Assembly (NCBI GenBank): GCA_963767735.1
Contig: CAVYES010000006.1
Span: forward strand, 224,001 to 288,000
Source: Candidatus Bathyarchaeota archaeon
GTDB lineage: Archaea; Thermoproteota; Bathyarchaeia; Bathyarchaeales; Bathycorpusculaceae
Direction: 5' to 3'
DNA length: 64,000 nucleotides
Positions 41,752 through 51,271 of the stretch are shown here, one piece after another. The notes beneath the pieces are model-generated. The model saw only the letters and a program-made list of their open reading frames with translations, had not been told where the DNA came from and searched no databases. Each line of letters starts with the position of its first letter. Positions within the stretch are counted from its first letter, which is position 1. A program made the position numbers and the translations under genes.

Positions 41752-42630
41752 TTAGCCATCCTTAGGCTTGTGCGCCTCTAAAACTTGTTTTAGAATCTCT
41801 TGCATTTTTCTGGCATCAACGTCTAGGTTTGGTGATTCGCATATCATTGTGGGGTGCATTTGGAAGTCGGCGATTACTTCGGCCAGCATGCGGAAGTCTG
41901 GTCCGTACTTTTCTTCGTCGAGGGTGTGGTGGCGTTTTTCGCCCTGTGCGGTGAACTCGATTTTTGAGAAGTGGCAGTGCATGCTTTTTAGGGCTTCTGT
42001 GCCCAGTTTCTGTTCGACTTTTTCGGCGATTGCCCTGAAGTCTTCGGTTTTCTTTAGGGTTCCTTGATGCAGGGCGTGGAGGTGTGCCCAGTCAACGACG
42101 AGCTGTGTGCCTTCCACTTCTTGGTTGAGGGTTATGATTTCGTCTAAGGAGCCTACCTGGAACTTTCTTCCCATCGTTTCTGGGCCAAGCTTCACATGAA
42201 GCCCGAGTCTTCGCATTTCAGCGCGGACCTCTTTTAACGCGTTGAGGCAGGTTTTGAACGCATATTCCTTTTCGAAGCGACCATAAAACCCGGTGTGAAA
42301 AACCATGACGTATGCTCCCATCCAGTCAGCAGCAGTTGCCGATGCAATTAGCCGCCGTTTGCTTGCCTCGACGACGTCTTTTGTGCCTGACAGGTTAATG
42401 AAGTACGAGCCGTGAAGGCTAAGTCGCACGTCGTTTTCCCTCGCCGCGGCACCCAGCTTTTGGGCAAGTTCCTGCCTGATCTGCGGCTTTGGACCCCAAC
42501 GCACAGCCTCGTACTCCAAAGCATCCAAGCCTTCCTCACGTAGCAAACGCGGAACATCAGGCAAATCTGCTCCCATAAGCCTAAACATCGGCGGAACTCC
42601 CGCTGGACCAAAACGCGTATGCTCAGCCAT
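41752..42630 (-). CDS. nfo: Endonuclease IV (archaeal Nfo-type TIM barrel)
   Basis: RFGPAG, HGSYFINL, FHTG, ETMG, DWAHLHA, HCHFS, GEKRH, ICESP. Confidence 0.85.
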   Translation of the reverse strand: MAEHTRFGPAGVPPMFRLMGADLPDVPRLLREEGLDALEYEAVRWGPKPQIRQELAQKLGAAARENDVRLSLHGSYFINLSGTKDVVEASKRRLIASATAADWMGAYVMVFHTGFYGRFEKEYAFKTCLNALKEVRAEMRRLGLHVKLGPETMGRKFQVGSLDEIITLNQEVEGTQLVVDWAHLHALHQGTLKKTEDFRAIAEKVEQKLGTEALKSMHCHFSKIEFTAQGEKRHHTLDEEKYGPDFRMLAEVIADFQMHPTMICESPNLDVDARKMQEILKQVLEAHKPKDG

Positions 42631-42824
42631 CTAATCCCAATCTGCATTTTTTTTAGGTTAAATGTTCAATATCGTTCTCTATTTTAAAAAGATGCACTTT
42701 CAATGGCCGATTATTGTAGTGTTCATTTGTGGGTTCGAGCGAACTGGTAGCCATTTCAATTTTGATCTGATAGACCCATTTTGAGTTATTGCTGTGTTTA
42801 AAACTCCGACAGTATTGTCAGACT

Positions 42825-43613
42825 TTAGTGCTGCAGTAAGTGTACTATTGTTGGAATTGACACGTAAAAGTGGACGTAAACGGCTGCGACCAGAAGTCCA
42901 ACAGTGATTGCTAGCAACGTGTAGTCTCCCTTGTGAAGTTTCAGCACATACAGGTTAGTGCGTTTCTTGGTGGCTCCCCAAGCTCTGGATTCCATTGCCT
43001 CTGCCAATTCCAGGCTTCGTCTGATAGCGCTAACGATCAACGGGATAAGCACGGGTATGTAATTCCGTATTTTCTTAAGCAAGCCGCCCTTCTCAAGTTC
43101 CAATCCTCTGGCTTTCTGTGCATCCATTATTGTTTGGGCTTCTTCCGCCAGAACAGGAACAAAACGCACCGCGGTTGTGAAGGCGAAAGCGAACTCGTAG
43201 GGCACGCGTGATTCCTCCAGCGCCAAGCCTAAGTGGTCAGGGGAAGTGGTCAGGAAGAAAACTGAGAAAGACTCAACAAGCACCACAAAACGAAGAGTTA
43301 ACCCAACTGCGCTCTCTACGTTAGCAGCCGTCACTGTGTACCCTGAAGTAAAATAGTCTGTTCCAACGTTAACTGCAAAAATGACCACTGCCAAAAAAGC
43401 GGCTCCTCGAAGCGAACGAAGCCACTGCCTTTGAACATGAGCTAACAAAACAAATGGAATCTGCAGAGCAAACAGAAAAAGCAGCGGAATAATTTGGTAG
43501 AAGATAATGGCGACTACGAAAACGGAGATAACGTAGGCGAATTTCACTCGTGGGTCTAAATCGTGGATTGGAGAGTGAACTTTCCTGAACTTTAAGCCGT
43601 CAAAAACGCTCAT
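42825..43613 (-). CDS. ecfT: ECF transporter transmembrane T component
   Basis: SPIHDLDPRVK, TTSP, RFVP, AQKARG, AMESRA. Confidence 0.9.
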   Translation of the reverse strand: MSVFDGLKFRKVHSPIHDLDPRVKFAYVISVFVVAIIFYQIIPLLFLFALQIPFVLLAHVQRQWLRSLRGAAFLAVVIFAVNVGTDYFTSGYTVTAANVESAVGLTLRFVVLVESFSVFFLTTSPDHLGLALEESRVPYEFAFAFTTAVRFVPVLAEEAQTIMDAQKARGLELEKGGLLKKIRNYIPVLIPLIVSAIRRSLELAEAMESRAWGATKKRTNLYVLKLHKGDYTLLAITVGLLVAAVYVHFYVSIPTIVHLLQH

Positions 43614-44437
43614 TTACCAGCTGTGGTCTCCTTGGCGTTTAGGATTATTTTTTCTGCTTCGTAAATGTCAATAACGTTTTTGGGAAGCCCTAACTGCGAT
43701 AATTTCATGAAGATTTGAGCTATCTGTGGCAGAACAATCGATGATTCAGCCAAAACACTGGGGTTTGTGAGTATTTCTTTTCCTAAGCCTTCCGCAACGA
43801 TTTTTCCTTCCTTCATCAAAACAACGCGGGGATTGCATTCAGCCACAAACTCCACGTCATGCGTGACGATAACGACAGTTTTTCCTTGAGTTTGCATCTG
43901 CACTATAAACTGACGCAGAATCTCTTTTTGCTCATGGTCCTGCCCAATGGTGGGTTCATCCAAAATCAAAGATTGCGGATCCCAAGCCAAAACGGAAGCC
44001 AACGCGACACGTTTCCGCTCGCCTCCGCTGAGAAGGAAAGGTGAAGTTTTCCGGTACTGGGTTAACGATAGAAGATTCAAAGCCCATGTTACCCGCTCGT
44101 CTACGACCTCAGCTTTGAAGCCGAAGTTTTTGAGGGCGAAAGCGATTTCTTCTTCTACTGTTTCGCTGAATAACTGGTGGTCTGGGTTCTGGAAAACAAA
44201 ACCCACGTTTCTAGCCAAAGCCGCAACACTTGTTTTGGTTGTTTCAACGCCATCTATACAGACTTTTCCAGATGAGGGTTTTAAGAGTCCGTTAAAATGT
44301 TTGACGAATGTTGATTTTCCAGCGCCGTTCTGCCCCATTATCGCAACGAATTCGCCGTCTGTTATAGTTAGAGAAACACCTTTGAGGGCTTCCACTTTGT
44401 TAGGATACGAAAAGTGAACGTCTTCAGCCACAATCAT
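43610..44437 (-). CDS. ecfA2: ECF transporter ATPase
   Basis: GQNGAGKS, FQNPDHQLF, LSGGE, LDEPT. Confidence 0.9.
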   Translation of the reverse strand: MIVAEDVHFSYPNKVEALKGVSLTITDGEFVAIMGQNGAGKSTFVKHFNGLLKPSSGKVCIDGVETTKTSVAALARNVGFVFQNPDHQLFSETVEEEIAFALKNFGFKAEVVDERVTWALNLLSLTQYRKTSPFLLSGGERKRVALASVLAWDPQSLILDEPTIGQDHEQKEILRQFIVQMQTQGKTVVIVTHDVEFVAECNPRVVLMKEGKIVAEGLGKEILTNPSVLAESSIVLPQIAQIFMKLSQLGLPKNVIDIYEAEKIILNAKETTAGK

Positions 44438-45285
44438 TTGGCTTTCAACGTCTCCAACAGCTCGTCAGCTAGTTCTTCAGAAGACAATGGGGTGTTGCCG
44501 CCCAGGTTTAAGCCGTCTTTTTTTAGCATTTGATACAGCAATGTGGCTTTGGGGATTCCCACTCCAATCAAACGCGTTTCTTCTGTGCTGAGGATTTCTT
44601 TTGGGTTTCCTTCGAAATGGATTTTCCCTTTATCCATAACGATGAGGTGGTTTGTGTATTTTGCTGTTAAGTCCAGTCTGTGCTCGACAAGGATGACGGT
44701 TATTCCCTGTTTTTTGTTTAATTCATAGATTACTTCGAAAATTTTTTCAGCGCTCAGCGGATCAAGAAAAGAAGTTGGCTCGTCCAAGACGATAATTTCA
44801 GGCTCCATAGCGAGAACAGACGCGATTGCCACTCGTTGCTGCTGCCCCCCCGAAATTTCATGAGGCGACCGTTCACGCAAATCATAAATGCCCGTTTGAT
44901 TCATTGCCCAGTCAACCTTTTTCCTCATTTCCTCTCGGGGAACCCCAAGGTTTTCCAGCCCGAACGCCACGTCTTTCTCAACAGATAATGCGAACAGCTG
45001 GTTTTCTGGATTCTGAAACACTAAGCCCACGTGTTTTGCCATTTCGTACGTGTGATGCTTAAGAGTGTCTTCGCCCGCGACAGAAATTTCGCCCGTCAAT
45101 TCCCCATTATAGAAGTGCGGGATTAATCCGTTGAAACATCGGCACAAAGTTGTTTTCCCACAGCCGCTTGGTCCAGTAATTAAAACAAACTCGCCTTTCT
45201 CCACCTTAAACGAGACATCAACAATGGAGGGTTTGGATGCGCCTGGATAAGTATAGGTAAGGTTTTTTGTTTCAATTATAGCCAT
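44434..45285 (-). CDS. ecfA1: ECF transporter ATPase
   Basis: GPSGCGKT, FQNPENQ, ISGGQQQR, LDEPT. Confidence 0.9.
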   Translation of the reverse strand: MAIIETKNLTYTYPGASKPSIVDVSFKVEKGEFVLITGPSGCGKTTLCRCFNGLIPHFYNGELTGEISVAGEDTLKHHTYEMAKHVGLVFQNPENQLFALSVEKDVAFGLENLGVPREEMRKKVDWAMNQTGIYDLRERSPHEISGGQQQRVAIASVLAMEPEIIVLDEPTSFLDPLSAEKIFEVIYELNKKQGITVILVEHRLDLTAKYTNHLIVMDKGKIHFEGNPKEILSTEETRLIGVGIPKATLLYQMLKKDGLNLGGNTPLSSEELADELLETLKAK

Positions 45286-45333
45286 TTTTTATGCCTGCTA
45301 ACTTAAGCGTAGAGTTTGCTCATTTAAGCGTAG

Positions 45334-46332
45334 CTACACATTTTTGGCTATTTTCTGCTTTAACAGCACAAGGCACTGCTTAAGTGTCGGCTCTATTTCG
45401 CCTAAGCCGCTTACTCCAGCTGCCATCGCGTGGCCGCCGCCGACTCCCTGCAAAAATTCACCTAAAGGCGCTGCAATGTCCTTTCCCAAATTGACACCTG
45501 CCTGCTCAGTGAACTGGCGTGTGCAACGTAGGCTTACATCTATTTTCCCGTTTTTCAATCCCGCAACAGCCGACATGTGCGCCCCCAAATCAACAAGGGC
45601 TTTAGCTGCTGGAGCTTGGTAAGCGCTAACATGGGAGAGAGCAATTATCCACCCGTTGACTCTTATGATTTTAGCTCGTTTACAGGCCTTCAGTTTAGCT
45701 AAACGCTCAGAAGTGTCAATCGGCAAGTTAAACTCTGCCAGTGTTTGCTGTACATCTATTCCTTGAGTTACCAGTTTAGCAATAATTTGGAGAGTAGATG
45801 CACTTGCCAAAGAAAAATGCCGCGTATCAAAAGCTATGCCAACAAACAAGGCCTTAGCCTCGTTAAAGTTAGGCTTGGTTTTCGCCTGCCTGAAAAGCCT
45901 ATAAACTACTTCGCAGTTAGCGGCTGCCTTCTCATCTACAATGCATAACTTGCAGATTTTAGCTGTTTCTGGGTTCGGCGAGTGGTGGTCAATTATTATT
46001 TTTGGGGCGGGAGACCTTTTTATTGTTTCGGCGACTTGGTCAAGCTGGTCAATGGTGTTCATGTCTACGAGTGCGATGAGGTCTGCCGATTCAATGTTGG
46101 GGTTCAAGTTAACCGTTATAGGCAGATATTCCAAAAGCAGCTTGGAAGGCTTGTTGATGCCTTGAGGGCATCCGACTTCAATTATAACATTTGGCATAAA
46201 CCGCTTAAGCAAACCCTGCAACGCATAAGCCGAACATATCGCATCAGCATCCGCACTGCGATGACACAACAAAAGTACAAAAGCCGCATCGGTATCTTTT
46301 AAAATTTTTAAAAGTTTTTGGAAGTCACTCAT
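45334..46332 (-). CDS. DHH/DHHA1 family phosphoesterase
   Basis: HRSADAD, IIDHH, FDT, GGGHAMAAG. Confidence 0.85.
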   Translation of the reverse strand: MSDFQKLLKILKDTDAAFVLLLCHRSADADAICSAYALQGLLKRFMPNVIIEVGCPQGINKPSKLLLEYLPITVNLNPNIESADLIALVDMNTIDQLDQVAETIKRSPAPKIIIDHHSPNPETAKICKLCIVDEKAAANCEVVYRLFRQAKTKPNFNEAKALFVGIAFDTRHFSLASASTLQIIAKLVTQGIDVQQTLAEFNLPIDTSERLAKLKACKRAKIIRVNGWIIALSHVSAYQAPAAKALVDLGAHMSAVAGLKNGKIDVSLRCTRQFTEQAGVNLGKDIAAPLGEFLQGVGGGHAMAAGVSGLGEIEPTLKQCLVLLKQKIAKNV

Positions 46333-46625
46333 TTTATTTTTCTCAAGTAGTTTTCACTGGCTTTATGCGCTTCGTTTGTGGCTTCTTTAACCAGAGCCTG
46401 CGCATCAACGTCTTTTGCTTGGGGTGTTAAGGAAAGGTCTATTTCTACAGTAACGTTTACTGGTTTTGACCCTTCTGCTTCCACACTAATATCCAACCTC
46501 TCGACCATTTTAGAGGGAACTTTGGAGAGAACGTATTTTCTTGCTGCGTTCTCTGCTGTTGAACATAAAGTTTCTATTTGCTCAGTGGTTAGCTCTGGTA
46601 TACCCAGCTCTACCACAAGCTTCAC
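46329..46625 (-). CDS. DUF3194-like protein
   Basis: GIPELT.EQIE...AENAARKY pattern; typical neighbour of pfdB. Confidence 0.6.
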   Translation of the reverse strand: MKLVVELGIPELTTEQIETLCSTAENAARKYVLSKVPSKMVERLDISVEAEGSKPVNVTVEIDLSLTPQAKDVDAQALVKEATNEAHKASENYLRKIK

Positions 46626-46629
46626 TCCT

Positions 46630-47001
46630 CTACGATGATGGCTGAGAAACTGGGCTTAGGTCTTCTTGGAGTTTTGTTTGAGCTTCTTTTATCTGGCTGC
46701 GCATTCTTTCTTCTTGTCTCGCAAGAACTGTGCTGCGTGTATCCAAAAGCTCTTTTCGCTCAACGAGGTCTTCAGTAACTTTCGGCTTCTCCGCTTTAAC
46801 CAATAATGAACCGATTGCCTTGTAAATAACCGCGTCTTCAGCTGTTTTTTGCAGCTCAGCTACGGTCTGCTCTACTTCTGTTTTTTCCATTTCAACCTGC
46901 TGCTTCTGCGCTAAAATTGATTGTAAGGTTTGTTGCAGTTGCTGCAGTCTAAGAAGCCTTTCTTGCACGTTAGGCGGTAATCTTGAAAGTTCATCACTCA
47001 A
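46630..47001 (-). CDS. pfdB: Prefoldin subunit beta
   Basis: LPPNVQ, coiled coils, IYKAIGSLLVK hairpin. Confidence 0.9.
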   Translation of the reverse strand: MSDELSRLPPNVQERLLRLQQLQQTLQSILAQKQQVEMEKTEVEQTVAELQKTAEDAVIYKAIGSLLVKAEKPKVTEDLVERKELLDTRSTVLARQEERMRSQIKEAQTKLQEDLSPVSQPSS

Positions 47002-47080
47002 ATTTTATCCTTCCGTATCCAGCAATACGGAAAGCTCTTAATTAAGCATTTCCAACAAGGTCGACGTTAAAGCAAGCCCC

Positions 47081-48361
47081 CTAAATGCTTGTTGAGTTCC
47101 AGTAGTAAACTTGTTTGTAGGCTACATCAGCAATGGGGAACGCTGGGTCATAATACACTATATCAAGGCTGACGCCGTATTGCGCTAAAAGCTCGCTTGT
47201 GGCTATTGCAATCTGTTGGGTTTTGTCATCGGTTGGCCAGAAGCCCCAAATGGTGTCATTTGGATTCCGCATCCCCCACCCATAGTTTTGCGGCAGAACC
47301 AACACGGCATCTGGAGCGCTTAGATTGGGCAGTTTCTGTTGAGTTATGTCATTCCAGAATCTTTGAAGCGCAATAAACTGGTCATTACTCATAACCCCAT
47401 AGACGTTGCCCGCAGAGTAGGGATAATCAAAAACCACAATGTATTTTGCCCCAGCCTCATAAGAGGATAACATTTGATCGTAAATTTGGTCTCCGCTGTC
47501 AAGGTAAGGCGGCGAATCGTATGTCCAAGTAATTATTGAACCCCACTCTTTATTTTGAAGCCTTGCTGCCCCCTTAACTAGAGCTATTTGCTCCGCCACA
47601 CTGCAGTTCCAACCTAATTCAGTAAACAAAACATTGTATCCTCCCAAGTAATCGAACCAGTACAAGCCATAATCAGAAGTGAACGTGGTGATTCCAGCCG
47701 CGTTTAACTCGTCAAGCCCCCTGTCGCTCTTGAGAACGTCTTGAACAAAAAACTTGGCTTCCAAATTGTAGTTTTGAGGTTCCGTCCCGTTGTCCATGTA
47801 AGCCAGCATTTTCAAATAGATCTGGTCGAGGTCATTGCTAGTACTGGAATTACTTTGTAGGTATTCCTCCCCGTAAGTCCTAAACCAGGCTGACCAGTTC
47901 CCGTCCAGTTGTACCCCTCCTGGCTCGTCATTGTAGTATATACCCAGGAATTTGCTGCCCCATCGCTGTGTCCAAAGTTGCTCAGTAACATTAAGTGGCT
48001 GTCGCCAAAACCAGCTATTATTGGCTTGAAGAGCATCTCTGACGCCGAGATTTATTATAACGCTTAAACCTTGAGAAACAGCATAATCGCAAATTTCCTC
48101 CACAGCTGACTGGTTTTCGCTAATTGCGTTTCTGCCAGAATCCAAGATGAATAAGTTAGTGTAACTTTTAACCCTGTCAATTAGAACTTTGGCTTCCTCA
48201 GTAGTGTTTCCTCCAAAAGCAACTCCGACATAAACGTCAGGATTAGCTTTCGCCTGGGTTCCACTTGAATACGACGCATAGGCTGCCAAAATTGAAATCG
48301 CCAGAATCACTACAAGTAAGGTTGGAATCAGATATTTCCTAATCCGTTTGAAGCTGCTCAT
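47081..48361 (-). CDS. Secreted/membrane-anchored hypothetical protein (possible glycoside hydrolase-like TIM barrel)
   Basis: N-terminal signal/TM; GIYYNDEPGG, TSDYGLYWFDY, aromatic-rich. Confidence 0.6.
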   Translation of the reverse strand: MSSFKRIRKYLIPTLLVVILAISILAAYASYSSGTQAKANPDVYVGVAFGGNTTEEAKVLIDRVKSYTNLFILDSGRNAISENQSAVEEICDYAVSQGLSVIINLGVRDALQANNSWFWRQPLNVTEQLWTQRWGSKFLGIYYNDEPGGVQLDGNWSAWFRTYGEEYLQSNSSTSNDLDQIYLKMLAYMDNGTEPQNYNLEAKFFVQDVLKSDRGLDELNAAGITTFTSDYGLYWFDYLGGYNVLFTELGWNCSVAEQIALVKGAARLQNKEWGSIITWTYDSPPYLDSGDQIYDQMLSSYEAGAKYIVVFDYPYSAGNVYGVMSNDQFIALQRFWNDITQQKLPNLSAPDAVLVLPQNYGWGMRNPNDTIWGFWPTDDKTQQIAIATSELLAQYGVSLDIVYYDPAFPIADVAYKQVYYWNSTSI

Positions 48362-48547
48362 GCTTAAACCTTACAAGAGAATGTTTATTTGTTCCATCCT
48401 TAATGTTTTTTGCGATAAAACAATAATTTATGAAATCAAACATCAAACAGCAACTTACTTTTGGTATGACATTCCGCAAGCATGCTTGTGAAGTCTTTTT
48501 TAAGAAGTCCTTGCATTAAACCAAACATAAAGAAGGAGCGATAGAAA

Positions 48548-48919
48548 GTGGAACGCGCCAAAGTCGTGAAGGAAGAGTTACTTGAGCAGGACACTCGTTT
48601 TCTAGCTGTTTATGTGGAAGCAAAAAATTCATGCATGATAATGCTTAGCGAAAAAGAAGATAAGCTTGGAACCTTGGCAATAGCCGTTCCCAAACCCAAA
48701 GATATGGTTGGCGCAGCCACCTCCTCAGTGCTTTTAGGAGACAGGAATGTTATTTCAGCGAGAATGTTCGCTGAGTATGTGGCTGCCAAGAAGGGAAAAA
48801 TAGCCCTCGTTTCGGTTTATTTAGATAAACTTGACGAAATGCAAGCCCAAGCATTCTTCATGCATCTCGTTGAAAAACTAACTCAAGTCGAGACCCCAAA
48901 AGAACCCACCTCAATCTGA
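48548..48919 (+). CDS. Putative proteasome assembly chaperone 4 (PSMG4/PAC4)-like protein
   Basis: LGTLAIAV...SSVLLGD...ARMFAEYVAAKKGKIALVSVYL parallels recalled PSMG4 motifs. Confidence 0.55.
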   Translation: MERAKVVKEELLEQDTRFLAVYVEAKNSCMIMLSEKEDKLGTLAIAVPKPKDMVGAATSSVLLGDRNVISARMFAEYVAAKKGKIALVSVYLDKLDEMQAQAFFMHLVEKLTQVETPKEPTSI

Positions 48920-48963
48920 AGCCATAATGCAAACGCATTACTTAAAGCGGCGAAAAACCTGAA

Positions 48964-49458
48964 ATGATTTGCAAACTAACAACCGCTGACTTCGAAGCAA
49001 TTCTAAACGTCGTAAACAACTCCGCGGCAGCTTACAAAGGTAAAATTCCCAATGACAGATGGAGAGAACCATACATGCCAGCGCAAGAGCTAAAGGAAGA
49101 AATCCAAAGCGGAGTGCAATTTTACGGCTGGAAAGAAAACAATGTTTTGCTTGCCGTAATGGGAATTCAACTCGTCAACGATGTCACATTAATAAGGCAT
49201 GCATACGTTCTGACAAGTCAACAGCGTAAAGGTCTTGGAGAAAATTTACTCAATTATTTACTCGGCTTAGCCCAAACATCAGAGGTTTACGTGGGAACTT
49301 GGGAAGCAGCAGCATGGGCAGTAAATTTTTATGAAAAGCATGGTTTCAAACTCGTTTCAACTGAAGAAAAAAATAAACTTTTAAAGAAATACTGGAATAT
49401 TCCAGAACGGCAAGTTGAAACCTCAGTAGTACTTGAATTAAAAAGGCACTCCAAATGA
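48964..49458 (+). CDS. GNAT family N-acetyltransferase
   Basis: YVL..QQRKGLG acetyl-CoA motif, FYEKHGF. Confidence 0.85.
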   Translation: MICKLTTADFEAILNVVNNSAAAYKGKIPNDRWREPYMPAQELKEEIQSGVQFYGWKENNVLLAVMGIQLVNDVTLIRHAYVLTSQQRKGLGENLLNYLLGLAQTSEVYVGTWEAAAWAVNFYEKHGFKLVSTEEKNKLLKKYWNIPERQVETSVVLELKRHSK

Positions 49459-50516
49459 AAGAAACCCTCCTGTTAAAAGTTGACTCGGAAAACCCGGATC
49501 CTGCAAAAATAAAAATCGCCGCACAAATTATCCAAAAAGGCGGATTAGTAGCATTCCCAACCGAGACGGTTTATGGCTTAGGCGCAGACGCACTTAATCC
49601 AGCCGCTGTCTTGGCGCTTTTTGAAGCTAAAAAGAGACCCTTAGATAACCCGCCGATTGTCCACGTAGCAAATGATAGCGAAGTCTGTAGACTAGTACAG
49701 GCGGTCCCAAAGAAAGCTGAGTTGCTGATGAAAACGTTTTGGCCCGGACCATTAACACTGGTTTTCAAACGCTCAAACATAGTGCCCGACGTAACTGTTG
49801 CAGGTTTAGACACTGTTGCGGTTCGAATGCCCAAACACAGAGTCGCCTTGGCACTGATTAAACAAAGCGGTCTTCCCATCGCTGCTCCAAGTGCAAATCT
49901 CGCAGGCAAACCTAGCCCAACGACCGCAGGACACGTTTACGAAGACCTAAACGGGAGAATTGACGCCATCCTTGACGGCGGACCCACAAGTATCGGTGTT
50001 GAATCCACGGTTGTAGACTTAACTGTTGATCCACCCATGGTTCTTCGACCAGGAGGAACATCTTTTGAAGCATTAAAGAAAGTTCTCATTGATGTGAACC
50101 TTCACCCCTTTGTCCAAGCTGAAGAGGAATTGCCTCTTGAAAAGATAAGGTCTCCTGGAATGAAACATAGGCATTATGCGCCTAAAGCAGAGGTTATTCT
50201 TGTTGAAGGTTCAGTTTCCGCTGTCACATGCAAAATAAAAGAGCTGTCGGAATCTTACAGGCTTAAGGGCGCAAAAGTAGGCATCTTAGCTACTGATGAA
50301 ACACAAGCCGCCTACAACGCAGATGTAGTTAAATCTCTGGGGAGCCGCTTTAACTTGGCAGTTGTTGCCCAAAACCTTTTTCGTTTACTTAGAGAAGTTG
50401 ACGCTGAAAACGTTGACGTTATAATTGCTGAAGGTGTGTCTTCCGAAGAAATCGGTTTAGCCATCATGAACAGGCTGCGTAAAGCTTCGGGTTACCATAT
50501 CGTCAAAGCAGAATAG
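49455..50516 (+). CDS. sua5: L-threonylcarbamoyladenylate synthase Sua5 (TsaC2)
   Basis: AFPTETVYGL, K.RP.DNP, FWPGPLT, APSAN, SPGMKHRHYAP, NRLRKA. Confidence 0.95.
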   Translation: MKETLLLKVDSENPDPAKIKIAAQIIQKGGLVAFPTETVYGLGADALNPAAVLALFEAKKRPLDNPPIVHVANDSEVCRLVQAVPKKAELLMKTFWPGPLTLVFKRSNIVPDVTVAGLDTVAVRMPKHRVALALIKQSGLPIAAPSANLAGKPSPTTAGHVYEDLNGRIDAILDGGPTSIGVESTVVDLTVDPPMVLRPGGTSFEALKKVLIDVNLHPFVQAEEELPLEKIRSPGMKHRHYAPKAEVILVEGSVSAVTCKIKELSESYRLKGAKVGILATDETQAAYNADVVKSLGSRFNLAVVAQNLFRLLREVDAENVDVIIAEGVSSEEIGLAIMNRLRKASGYHIVKAE

Positions 50517-50523
50517 ACGCGAA

Positions 50524-50745
50524 TTATCTGTGGATAAGCGAGAGAAGGTTATCCAAACTTATTGTAGCTACGCAGAGAACCCTGTCAGCTGCTCCATAAT
50601 AAACAAAAAGACGGTTATCCAAAATTACGTTACCACAGCTGAAAACAACGTTGGGCACTTTGCCGAATCGCCCATAATCTTCTTTCGGAGCTAAAATGGG
50701 CTCTTTTGAGCGGTAAAGTACCTGCTGAGGTTGATCCTGATCAAG
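50524..50745 (-). pseudogene. C-terminal remnant of a GH130-family glycosidase/phosphorylase
   Basis: Manual translation LDQDQPQQVLYRSKEPILAPKEDYGRFGKVPNVVFSCGNVILDNRLFVYYGAADRVLCVATISLDNLLSLIHR*; no start codon, upstream in-frame stop. Confidence 0.7.
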
Positions 50746-50840
50746 ACCGTTTGTTGTATCATTTTTGTGCCAACAAATAATCTTATACTCTTTTTGCTAT
50801 ATTTTGGGCATTAAAAAATTTGCTGGAGAGCAGAGCTTAC

Positions 50841-50966
50841 ATGGTAAAATGCCCACAATGCAATGAAGAAGTTGCGAAACCTGACAAATCACTCAAAAAC
50901 CACGTATTTCACATAGAATCTTACACATGCAAGAACTGCAAACATATATTTAAAGTGACGAATTAA
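50841..50966 (+). CDS. 41-aa CxxC...CxxC zinc-ribbon protein (Cren7-like?)
   Basis: MVKCPQCNEEVAKPDKSLKNHVFHIESYTCKNCKHIFKVTN*; GGAGAG upstream, T-run after the stop; below ORF-track cutoff. Confidence 0.7.
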   Translation: MVKCPQCNEEVAKPDKSLKNHVFHIESYTCKNCKHIFKVTN

Positions 50967-51210
50967 CTGATTTTTTTGAACGAAAAACTAAGCGCCCGTT
51001 AAAGGTAACCATTTCCTTAGCCATCGGGTACAAGTTTTTTCTGTGACTTCGCTATTCTTCATTTTTGCGTTATAGAAGTTTCTGCAACTTTCAAAACTAA
51101 GAAGCTATGCTTTATCATTGTCGGTCAAGCTGTTCACTGCATCTCACCTCTATGTAACCTAAAATTAAAGAATTGTGAGTTCTTCACGGAATTTCTTTTA
51201 TTTAACTCTC

Positions 51211-51230
51211 CCAAAAAATTTATATTTAAA
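51211..51230 (+). promoter_or_regulatory. Putative BRE/TATA of thermosome gene
   Basis: CCAAAAAATTTATATTTAAA upstream of ths. Confidence 0.4.
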
Positions 51231-51271
51231 TATTTGATTGTTGAATTCGGTTGTTATTAAGTAAATAAAAC

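Noticed and set aside
42725-42760. GGGTTCGAG T-loop-like sequence suggesting tRNA
   Set aside because: No cloverleaf or acceptor stem could be built.
50524-50623. DnaA-box-like 9-mers (TGTGGATAA at 50529, TTATCCAAA at 50549 and 50615)
   Set aside because: They lie in the minus-strand GH130 remnant (repeated LDN codons), and archaeal origins use ORB/Cdc6; no cdc6 is nearby.
51070-51200. GAAnnTTC-like heat-shock elements upstream of the thermosome
   Set aside because: Short, expected by chance in AT-rich DNA, and no cognate regulator evidence.
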